A stretch of DNA of 46,715 bases, the filler included, from Catajapyx aquilonaris (Eukaryota): the NCBI GenBank assembly GCA_000934665.2. It is 2 parts of 2 records of this genome, joined end to end, with 100 filler letters (N's around TTAATTAATTAA, not from the genome) between each part and the next. Parts side by side here need not be neighbours in the genome. Positions count along the whole stretch, not along the records: positions 1 to 23,179 come from JYFJ02005715.1; 1 more part is not named here. The stretch is one strand, 5' to 3'. Positions 1-9,234 of the stretch are shown here, piece after piece. The translations under genes were made by a program, and so were the position numbers. Numbering within the stretch: position 1 is the stretch's first letter; each line of letters begins with the position of its first letter. Below the pieces are notes generated by a model that was not told the DNA's origin, did not search any database, and saw only the letters and a program-made list of their open reading frames with translations.

Positions 1-526
1 GAGAGGTGCACAGGATCATGGCCCACTCCCCACCCGCCACCTCCCTCAGGCTAAAGGTCATGGTCACAGGGGATGGCCCCGATGGGCGGATCAAGGTTGA
101 TGGGACTCTGAACCACAAGTACCTCCAAGACGATAGATTTTCTGGTTATTCCTTTACTGCCACTTCGAAAGGCCAAACGCAGTTGTCTCACTTGTTCAGA
201 AAAATATTGTGAACCTCGGTGTGGAGTGCAATTTATTCTCCACGGCCATCGGGCAGGAGATGTACATGAACTTCCTCCGCAACCTGAGGAGGATCCTAGA
301 GGCGGAAGAGATCGCTGCCAAGACATACGTTCGAGATGAAGTGATGACAATGACCAAGTTGGAAGCCATCTTCAACATGTTGATGCTTGGCTTATTAGGT
401 TGTTTCCTGTTGTTGTTGGCGGAAATTGCAAATTTTTGTCGAATTAAATCCGGTGGAAGTCAGGGGAGGAGTGTTTATCCGAAACAGCAGGAAAATGCTA
501 CTCCCCCCCAATTCGGATATGTCTAA
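1..526 (+). pseudogene. 3' part of a divergent ionotropic receptor (S2 end plus M4) with an apparent frameshift near 200-210; 5' part lies outside the window
   Basis: ORF 209-526 ends in an iGluR/IR-type last TM helix (EVMTMTKLEAIFNMLMLGLLGCFLLLLAE) comparable to the ends of the two downstream IRs. The upstream coding-like frame 6-212 stops at the A-run in ttcagaaaaatattgtga, where the frame changes. This may be a real lesion or a sequencing error. Confidence 0.6.
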
Positions 527-1298
527 TTCACGAACTAACAATCGATTTATGCCTCAAACAATATTGGTTACGTACCTTCAGTGATAGTCATCCGGCTGAC
601 GCAACTGGAGATACTATTGGCAATAACAACACTTACGCCCACTTACGCGGCATTATCCATATGCAGTATTCTCATGCAGTGGCAATATTCTGGCCATTGA
701 AAGAGGGCTTCCTGGAAGGAGACGTCGCCAACCACGTTTATACCTAAGTGGCCTGTAATATGTTATAGTCCAGCGATGCCGATTTTCGACAGAATTATGC
801 ACTTCCTGTCAAAAACGATTTTGATTTTTTTTTCGTGTTCTAGACATGTACATTGTACAGTAGCCTACTGCACATACCTTATGTCATATTTTTGTATTGA
901 TACATCGTGTCCATCGCCATAATAAATATTATGAACAGCCCCCTAGTGTACAGCTTTATTTCCAAATATCAAAAACAATATGTATACGTACAGTGCATAT
1001 TCTAGGTGATTTAGAGAGTTTGAAGGAGGAATCAATATTGTTGCGATACTTGCGAAAGGTACTTGTTCACATCAAAGGACCCTTGATCACACCGACTCCG
1101 ACTGTCTGTTATTATAGGTTACGCACGGGGACGCACGGTTGATGTGAGGCCCACTTTTAGGTACTACAGGATAAACCATGGCCTGCCGATTTCCTACTTG
1201 GAAAATATCACGTGACTTTGTTGACATAAATGTAGCACAACAGTGTCGTAGTGTCAAAAGGGACAGTCTTGTTTCCGTATTGCGGTTGAACCTTTTTA

Positions 1299-3185
1299 AT
1301 GATGCTGCTTTCTGCATTTGTTGCTTACACTTGCTTCAACATTGCTGGGGCTGCCGTACATTTACACACGGTAAATGATGTGGACGATCAGATCCCTCGT
1401 TTCATCAACAATATTCTTGGCGGACATGTCCTCGTCATGGACATTGAGTGTCCACTGGCGGTCACTCACGACTCGGACGGACCAATCCCTCAGAGTCTGG
1501 ACACACTCCTGTCCAGCATGTCCTCTGCTGGACGACCCCTGGTCATCCGGACAAGTTCTCAGAGCACCTGGGATTGCCAGCCGACATCAAGAGACAATGC
1601 GGCCGTGTTCAGAGAGCCATACCGCGCATCCAAGTGTCTGGTGCACATGGTTGTGACATGCCAGGACACCTACGAGGACATGATGGACATCATTTTGGAC
1701 CCGGACGAAGGGATGCTCGGAGTGAGGAAGACAAAGGACCGGTTCGTGTTCTGGATACGGGACTCGACTCATCCGGATTTCATGCTGGACAAACCGGCCT
1801 CGCAGTTCAAGTACAAGGTGTCGGTCAGTACAGGAGGAGCCAACGGTGCTCTCAAGGCACACTCTGTGTGTCTCTTCTGCGACCAAGGAGAACCACAGAT
1901 CGAATCAGTGTCTGGGGACAGTTTGTTCATAGACACTGCAGAGGACTTACATGGGAAACGTCTGGAAGGTGTTTACACATGGAATAATAGCAACCACGAT
2001 TGCAGCTCCGTGGATATACTATGTGTTAATATGTGCTTTTTGGGCAAGGCAATGAATTTCAAATGGCAGATAATCCAAGTTGATTTCGACGCCATCCTTT
2101 CTGACACCGGCAGTGCCCTCGAACTTATGGAAGATTTTCGGTCAGGTGAAGTGTCGTTCATACCAAAGGCTCCTGTGTTGGACCTGATATACCAACTGTT
2201 TGATTGTGCTCCACCTCATGATGCATACAGATACACTTTCATTGCACGTAAGCCTCGTCCAATAATTACACCTCTCATTTTAGTGATGCCGTACTCGTAT
2301 TGGACTTGGTCCTTTTTGATCGCATCATTTTTGTTAGAGGTGGGTGTTTTCACACTTATCGCCAAGTTTCATAGGAGGCATGGAATATTTACTCCGTTCA
2401 ATTCCACTGTAGAAATTTTTAAATATTTGGGGAAATATCTTGTGGAGCAATGTTCTCCGTCTCCTTCGTCCTCGTCGTACAGAATGTTCTTGATGTTCTG
2501 GATATATTTTACCATCATTGTTTGCACCGCATACAAAAGCAAACTCTATAACATGTTGATTTTTCCTCCCTTGGAAAAAATTCCTGCAGATATTAACGAA
2601 CTGACTCATTCCAGTTTCTCCATAGAAACGACTACAATCGTAAAAATGTTTCTAGATGAAGCAAGTCATGTTAACGCTGACACATACTCCGACCTTCTGT
2701 CAAATATGCATGTTGTAAATGAGATCTACACCCACTACGGGGATCTCCTGACAGATGACATTGTGATCCTGGAAGCTGACTCTGTCTTGGAGGAAATCGC
2801 CTCCTGTGCCTTTGTTGAAGCAAATGGAGAAACATTCATATCCAGTGACGCTTGGGCTCTTGTGCACACGTCAATGCTTGTTTTGAAAGACAACATATTG
2901 GCCGAGAACATTAACAAATGGACGCATATATTCAACAGCATCGGTTTGGAGTTGCATCGGGTAGGAATGGAGAAACATGCGAATTCTCTGTATGCTGAGA
3001 AGAAGCGAAGGGAAAAGGCGTTCACTTCAGGAAGTGAACATGTGCAGTTCACCTGGCGTCATGTCGAAGGAACCTTCCTGATCCTGTTCATTGGATGCGT
3101 GGCTGGATTGGTTGCATTTTTTAGAGAAATATCCTCTGTGCATGGTTGTTGTAAGAGAAGAAGAAGGTACCCATTTCTTCTGTAA
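1299..3185 (+). CDS. Divergent ionotropic receptor (IR, iGluR-related chemoreceptor), intronless, 628 aa
   Basis: Signal peptide; CLFC motif then DLHGKRL at the S1 start; pre-M1/M1 LVMPYSYWTW; LVEQ pore region; M3 FWIYFTIIVCTAYKSKLYNMLIFP (SYTANLAAF equivalent); M4 FTWRHVEGTFLILFIGCVAGLVAFFRE. Confidence 0.9.
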   Translation: MMLLSAFVAYTCFNIAGAAVHLHTVNDVDDQIPRFINNILGGHVLVMDIECPLAVTHDSDGPIPQSLDTLLSSMSSAGRPLVIRTSSQSTWDCQPTSRDNAAVFREPYRASKCLVHMVVTCQDTYEDMMDIILDPDEGMLGVRKTKDRFVFWIRDSTHPDFMLDKPASQFKYKVSVSTGGANGALKAHSVCLFCDQGEPQIESVSGDSLFIDTAEDLHGKRLEGVYTWNNSNHDCSSVDILCVNMCFLGKAMNFKWQIIQVDFDAILSDTGSALELMEDFRSGEVSFIPKAPVLDLIYQLFDCAPPHDAYRYTFIARKPRPIITPLILVMPYSYWTWSFLIASFLLEVGVFTLIAKFHRRHGIFTPFNSTVEIFKYLGKYLVEQCSPSPSSSSYRMFLMFWIYFTIIVCTAYKSKLYNMLIFPPLEKIPADINELTHSSFSIETTTIVKMFLDEASHVNADTYSDLLSNMHVVNEIYTHYGDLLTDDIVILEADSVLEEIASCAFVEANGETFISSDAWALVHTSMLVLKDNILAENINKWTHIFNSIGLELHRVGMEKHANSLYAEKKRREKAFTSGSEHVQFTWRHVEGTFLILFIGCVAGLVAFFREISSVHGCCKRRRRYPFLL

Positions 3186-4185
3186 CCCTCGAGATGCACT
3201 TGGCACCTGTGTGTTGGTTTATTGCAACCATCTCGGATTTTTCTGAAAATAATCACAGCTGTACACACATATGCCGTATCACTGCATATCAAGTTTCAGC
3301 CAAATTACGAAATACCATAGGGAGGGAAAAAATCGCGAAAGTTTGAAAATTTGGAATTTTTTGGATATCAATTGGAGTATGACAGTCTGTTGTAATCAAT
3401 TTTATTGCGCTTCGACACACGGCGGGTTGCGCAACACTCTTGTTGACAGTCAGATGTCCCTTTGTTCTGTACATGTTCTGTTATTAAGATTCACGCACCA
3501 TAAGCCCCATGCTGCCCTGTTCAAAGAGAATATATCCATGTGTCTCAAACACCTGATGTGTCTGTACACCTATTATACGACATGATGGTCACCATTTTAC
3601 ATATGTTGCACATATGATGGTAAAATCACATTCAGAGATTATGTTATTATTATTTGCGGAGAAGCAAATTATTTGAAATAGTGAATCACTTTTTTGTTAA
3701 TTGATGTTATTAATTATATCATATTATTGTTAATTAATATTAATGTTGTCCGATCAGCATTGATCCTTTCGTCATTTACTGTTTCAATAACAGAATAAAC
3801 AAAAAATGGCAACAAAATAATATGAGGTGTTATACATAAGCGTTGGGTTGCATCGTGCCACATATGATGAAACAAAGCGTATATGTTCAAAGACCCTGTC
3901 AACAAACATCACACGTAGAATCTCGCTTTTGTTGTCTTTGGTGAAGGATATATATTCCTTTACAACCAAGGTGCTGACCTCAGAAGTCCCTTTGTGATGC
4001 ACCGTCCGACATTCAGTAATGACAAAGCATGCACCCACACGTCCACCAGTATAGCCTACTCCTTCGATTATTCGATACGAAATGGTACCACGATGTATAA
4101 TTTGTGACATATTCTCGTAGTGTCGAGGTTAACACCGCAAGTGTGAGTGGTGGTTGCAAAATAAGGATCACCATTTGAAGTCATT

Positions 4186-6051
4186 ATGTTACCAGCACTT
4201 GCTGTTTCTGCATTTCTCAACATAACATCGGGTCTCCTGATCTTATTACAACAAAACGATGCAGACGATCAGATCCCTAAGTTTGTCAACAATATTCTGC
4301 AAAGTGACCTCGTCATGGACATTGAGTGTCCACTGGCTGTCACCCACGACTCGGACGGACCAGTCCCTCAGAGTCTGGACACACTCCTGCCCAGCATGTC
4401 ATCTGCTGGACGACCATTGTTCATCAGGACAAGTTCTCGGAGCACCTGGGATTGCCAGCCGACATCTAGAGACAATGCGGCCGTGTTCTTCAGAGAGCCA
4501 TACCGCGCATCCAAGTGTCTGGTGCACATGGTTGTGACATGCCAGGACACCTACGAGGACATGATGGACATCATTTTGGACCCGGACGAAGGGATGCTCG
4601 GAGTGAGGAAGACAAAGGACCGGTTCGTGTTCTGGATACGGGACTCGACTCGTCCGGATTTCATGATGGACAAACCGGCCTCGCAGTTCAAGTACAAGGT
4701 GTCGCTGAGTGCAGGAGGAGCCAACGGTGCTCTCAAGGCACACTCGGTGTGTTTCTTCTGCGACCGAGGAAAACCACAGATCGAATCAGTGTCTGGGGAC
4801 AGTTTGTTCAAAGACACTGCAGAGGACTTACATGGGAAACATCTGGACGGTATATACATAGTAAATTCACACGATGAAGAATGTGTTTCGCACTCACCGC
4901 CACTTCACATATGCTACTTGGGAAATGCACTTAATTTCAAGTGGCGTATCACCGAAGTCGATTTTGATACCATCCTGTCCGATCCGGCCAAAAGTATCGA
5001 TATGATGAAAGATTTTCAATTAGGAAAAGTATCATTTATCCCCAAGGCTCCTGTCCTGGATCTGATTTACCAACTGTTTGATTGCGCCACACCTCACAAT
5101 ACCTACAGATTCACTTTCCTTTCACGTAACCCTCGCCCTGTGATAACACCTTTGATTTTAGTATTGCCTTACTCTCCTGTGACATGGTGCATATTTGTCA
5201 CATCGCTTTTAGTGTCAACAGTGTTTTATGCAATCCTCTCAAGGTTCCAAAATAGTCAGAAAGATTTACAGCTACTATATGCGTTAAAATACTTGGCGAA
5301 GATCGTTGTCGAGCAGTATCCTAGATCACCTTCCGCTTCATCCCTTAGAATGTTTTTAGCCTTGTGGATTCAATTTTGCATCATTTTCTGCACCGGATAC
5401 AAAAGCAAGCTGTATAACATCCTAATATTTCCACCCCTTGAAAAAGTCCCACGAAACATCCCTGAGCTGATGGACTCAAACTTTTCCATAGTGACGTCGT
5501 ATATTGTCAAAATGTTCATAGACGAAGCTCACAAAGATTTTCGCGACGCTTACATAAATCTGATATCGAAAATAAGAGTCGTGCCTTCAGTCTACGATTA
5601 CTACGATGACATCTTGACACACGACATTGTCATCTTAGAATCAGATTCGAGATTGAAAAGTGTAGCTTACTTCACTGACATTCAGCACAAATCGAAGCCC
5701 TTCACCTTCTCAGATGAGTTGGCCTTCGTGCCAGCCTCTCTGATAGTCCTGAAGAACAACATTATCGCAGAGAACATCAACCATTGGATGCACGTCTTCA
5801 ATAGTATTGGACTTGGAGTGTATAAAGACAGTATAAGCGACTTTCATTACCAGCTGAATGTTGAAAGAGAGAAGTCATACTTGGCTGAGTCTAAAGATGT
5901 CAAGTTCACATGGGATCATGTTGAAGGTCCCTTTGTTGTCCTTTTGGTTGGGAGCATAATGGGACTGCTGGAGTTTTTGAGAGAAATTATTTACTGGAAT
6001 GTTAGGCGACTACTCGACAAGAAAAGACATGAAAAAAGATTTCATCATTAA
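4186..6051 (+). CDS. Divergent ionotropic receptor paralog, intronless, 621 aa
   Basis: Same architecture as 1299-3185: CFFC, DLHGKHL, LVLPYSPVTW, LWIQFCIIFCTGYKSKLYNILIFP, FTWDHVEGPFVVLLVG. Collinear tandem paralog. Confidence 0.9.
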   Translation: MLPALAVSAFLNITSGLLILLQQNDADDQIPKFVNNILQSDLVMDIECPLAVTHDSDGPVPQSLDTLLPSMSSAGRPLFIRTSSRSTWDCQPTSRDNAAVFFREPYRASKCLVHMVVTCQDTYEDMMDIILDPDEGMLGVRKTKDRFVFWIRDSTRPDFMMDKPASQFKYKVSLSAGGANGALKAHSVCFFCDRGKPQIESVSGDSLFKDTAEDLHGKHLDGIYIVNSHDEECVSHSPPLHICYLGNALNFKWRITEVDFDTILSDPAKSIDMMKDFQLGKVSFIPKAPVLDLIYQLFDCATPHNTYRFTFLSRNPRPVITPLILVLPYSPVTWCIFVTSLLVSTVFYAILSRFQNSQKDLQLLYALKYLAKIVVEQYPRSPSASSLRMFLALWIQFCIIFCTGYKSKLYNILIFPPLEKVPRNIPELMDSNFSIVTSYIVKMFIDEAHKDFRDAYINLISKIRVVPSVYDYYDDILTHDIVILESDSRLKSVAYFTDIQHKSKPFTFSDELAFVPASLIVLKNNIIAENINHWMHVFNSIGLGVYKDSISDFHYQLNVEREKSYLAESKDVKFTWDHVEGPFVVLLVGSIMGLLEFLREIIYWNVRRLLDKKRHEKRFHH

Positions 6052-6629
6052 CATCGGGCAAGTCCATTGCCTTGAGGGACTGGAAGCGCTTCAAAGTGAG
6101 CCTGAGTTTCGACACACAGTCGTTAAAATGTACTTTAATCATGTAGAGTGGTAGACAATAAAACCTGTTGAATACTGCATTATTATGGGAATATTATATT
6201 TTCAAGTGTGTATGAGTAGTGTTAGCTTCAGGGCATAAATGACTGGGTCATCATGAAGCCTCATTAGAAGTAATAAACACCTTTACTCAATGCCCGCCTT
6301 TACTCAATGCAAACCTTAATTTTTCTATGAATTTCTGTTTTTTTAGGCCTTTATGCAACACAATATGTTATATATGAAATTTTTGTTCATGAGATGATTA
6401 AAAAATGGCCAGAGCTTCACATATTATACCGACACCACTGTGCACACATTGGTGATCGTTCTGAACGGCATCATTTTTTATCCATGAAAATAATGAGAGC
6501 TGGAATAGGATGACCTTAACATTTCTCGCAAATGTCAAGGCCGGTTCAGTCCACCTAACCTTCTGCCCATCGACTTGATATTAATGGTGTCGATGACTCT
6601 GAGCATAACAACTGTAGCTATAGAGTCAG

Positions 6630-6630
<1 letters not shown>

Positions 6631-6663
<33 letters not shown>
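6631..6663. repeat. (GTT)n microsatellite
   Basis: Directly visible run of gtt units. Confidence 0.9.
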
Positions 6664-7742
6664 ATTAAGTTAGGTCCTTTGATCATATCGCCCTTTCTGT
6701 GAATTCGGTATTGAGTTCAACACTCCAACATGACCTTCCACAGTGGCGTAAATATCATTGACAAGCGAATAGCATGACACAGACTGAATTTCATAGATGA
6801 CAACCATAGACCGAACCACACCGTAAGCAGATCCACATGGCAGATATTTAAAATTTAGCAATTATTGTCACTTCCCGGACGGATAATTAGCTAATTTTCA
6901 TATTTTCAATGAGAAATGATTCATTTAAACATGGACAGAAATATTTTCTGGCGGGATAATTTTGCACAAGGTTTACTACCAAATCACACTGGCAAATATA
7001 GGTGACAGGCTATGATAAATTTAAGCTTAATTGTTGTGTAATAAATAAGCATAAATAAGCATTATTCCAGCATAACACTGAGTAACATACCATTAACAAC
7101 TATCCAACACATTATCTAGTCGCACGTATACCTGAATCCAAGTTGCATGGTCACGACTGATATGGTGTGTTGGCAATGAGGCTTCTTCCGGCAGAGGAAA
7201 ACTGAATAGGGTAATTGCCGGGTCAGGGAAGTTTTAAAAAATAGTAGTAGGTATGCAGGAGAAAAAATTATGTGATTTTATTTCTGTAGTGTAAATGCTA
7301 CATAAACGTATTTTTTGTATCCATAAAATGTCACTTCATTTTTGACAAAAATATAGACCTTGCCCAACAGGTTTGACAATATTCGCTCTGAATTAATTGT
7401 GCTAATTGTCACTGGCAGTACAAAAATGGCAGTTGACAATCCCACTTACAATGCAAGCAACTATAGTTTCAGCATGCCTGTCTTGTACAATTGCGGACAA
7501 TTCCATGATAAATTAACATTTCCAAATGTGGAAGACAAAGGAAGGCAGTTTTCATGTTAGCAACAGATTTGGTTGTCCCTGAGTGGCAAGAGAAGAGGCC
7601 AAGAATCCTCCTGCCCTCCCACTCTCAGCCCACTTTCCCCGCCACTTGTGGACTCAGGCCAAATCCATTGTCGCTGCCAACAATGACAAGTGATGAATCA
7701 CCAATCAAAATGCTTCTCGTAACAGTAACACAATTTTTGCAC

Positions 7743-7910
7743 GTGTTGCTGGGCCGGTGTTGCTGGGCCAGTGGTGCTGGGCCGGTGCTGCTGGGCCAGT
7801 GCTGCTGGGCCAGTGGTGCTGGGCCGGTGGTGCTGGGCAGGTGGTGCTGGGCCGGTGCTGCTGAGCCGGTGCTGCTGAGCCGGTGGTGCTGGGCCGGTGT
7901 TGCTGGGCTC
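7743..7910. repeat. GC-rich minisatellite, 12 copies of a 14-nt unit gtg(g/t/c)tgctgggccg
   Basis: Units read in register from 7743 to 7910 (168 nt). The repeat explains the repetitive ORFs seen in several frames. Confidence 0.9.
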
Positions 7911-8792
7911 CACCGTCCACTGCTGGTGTAGAAATTTTTTGGAGATTCCATTGATGTCAGTATCTTGGGAGTCCTGAATAAGGGTTATCACATCTGGTGG
8001 CATCACAAGGAAGCACAGGCGTCCCCTTTCCATTGAATGGTGTCCAGGACTGAAATAAATCTTGGAAGGAAGAAAGGAGGCTGCTGGGTGGATAGCAGTT
8101 TACTATGTCATGGGTTTTGCTCTGGTTCGCATTTCCAACATATGCTTTTGTTGGCCCTGAAAAGGGCCGTTTTGCTTTCGGTGCTGTGATGCCAAGGGTG
8201 ATGCTCTGCCAGCTGAGGTAGTTTGTGTGGGTGATCAGCCGAGGAATAAATGCTGGCAGATGTGTCAACCCAGGCCAGCAAAATGCGGTCTTATCAAGGT
8301 TGTCATTTGCTGGTGTGTGGCATCATTTGATGGAAAATGACACCCAGCTGCAGAGGCAGCAGAAGCGTACAGGTGCTCATTCTTCTACCATCAATGTCGT
8401 AAGCTGTGCGTTACCCTCGCTTGGAATCGAACAAGCCCTAGTGGACACACTCACAGACCTGGAAAGAATTCTCAAACATACCTAGCAAGCAATACCTATG
8501 ACTCATCCCTAAAAGGAGGGTCACCACAAACGACAACATTACTATGATTTAAATCCTTCCACATAAAACATGCAAAGCATTATGGTTAGCAACACCATAC
8601 AAAAATCACCCACACACAAACAATCAAAGAAAACCCACGCATATCCACACAATAATTCCATCCTTACATGCACAAAACACATATTAAAACATATCATATC
8701 TTTCCTGATAAACATCTTACAGTTCCAAACTGAAGTCCTACTTTCTAATCTAATTCTAAATGAGTTCATTCCTTAGGTCAGTGTAACAAATT

Positions 8793-9037
8793 TCTTTCCT
8801 GATAAGCACCCAAGTTCCGAAATAAAAATGAATATGCTACAACCATTATTACAATAAACAGTCTCTTTCCTAATAAGCACCATCCAGTTCCGAAATTAAA
8901 ATACTCATGCTACAAACACATTAAAATAAAAAAGTTCTTTCCTGATAAGCACTCAAGTTCCGAAATAAAAATATACATGCTAGAAGCACATATTAAAATA
9001 AACACTCCCTGATAAGCACCGCTGAGTTCCGAAATAA
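8793..9037. repeat. ~71-72-nt tandem repeat, ~3.5 copies plus a degenerate copy near 8699
   Basis: Core tctttcctgataagcac...agttccgaaataaaa recurs at ~8793, 8864, 8936 and 9004. Confidence 0.8.
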
Positions 9038-9234
9038 AGTTGACTTACTTTGAAATACAGTCTTACGCAAGTGTATTCCTTACTGTCATGAAGCAGCCTT
9101 CGATGGCCTTGTCCTCGTAGATCCACCAGATTTCAACCTGAGTCACGGGTAGCCATGCAGTCACATGTTGTCTTCTCTTCCTTCGGGTGGCGAAGGGTGT
9201 CAGTGAACAAGTTGCAACCTATGCAAGTTAGACT

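Noticed and set aside
1375..1987. Overlapping alternative-frame ORFs duplicated in both IRs
   Set aside because: By-product of the GC-rich, near-identical tract; no independent coding evidence.
8793..9037. CRISPR-like repeat-spacer periodicity
   Set aside because: The inter-core segments resemble each other, the context is eukaryotic and there are no cas genes; it is an ordinary tandem repeat.
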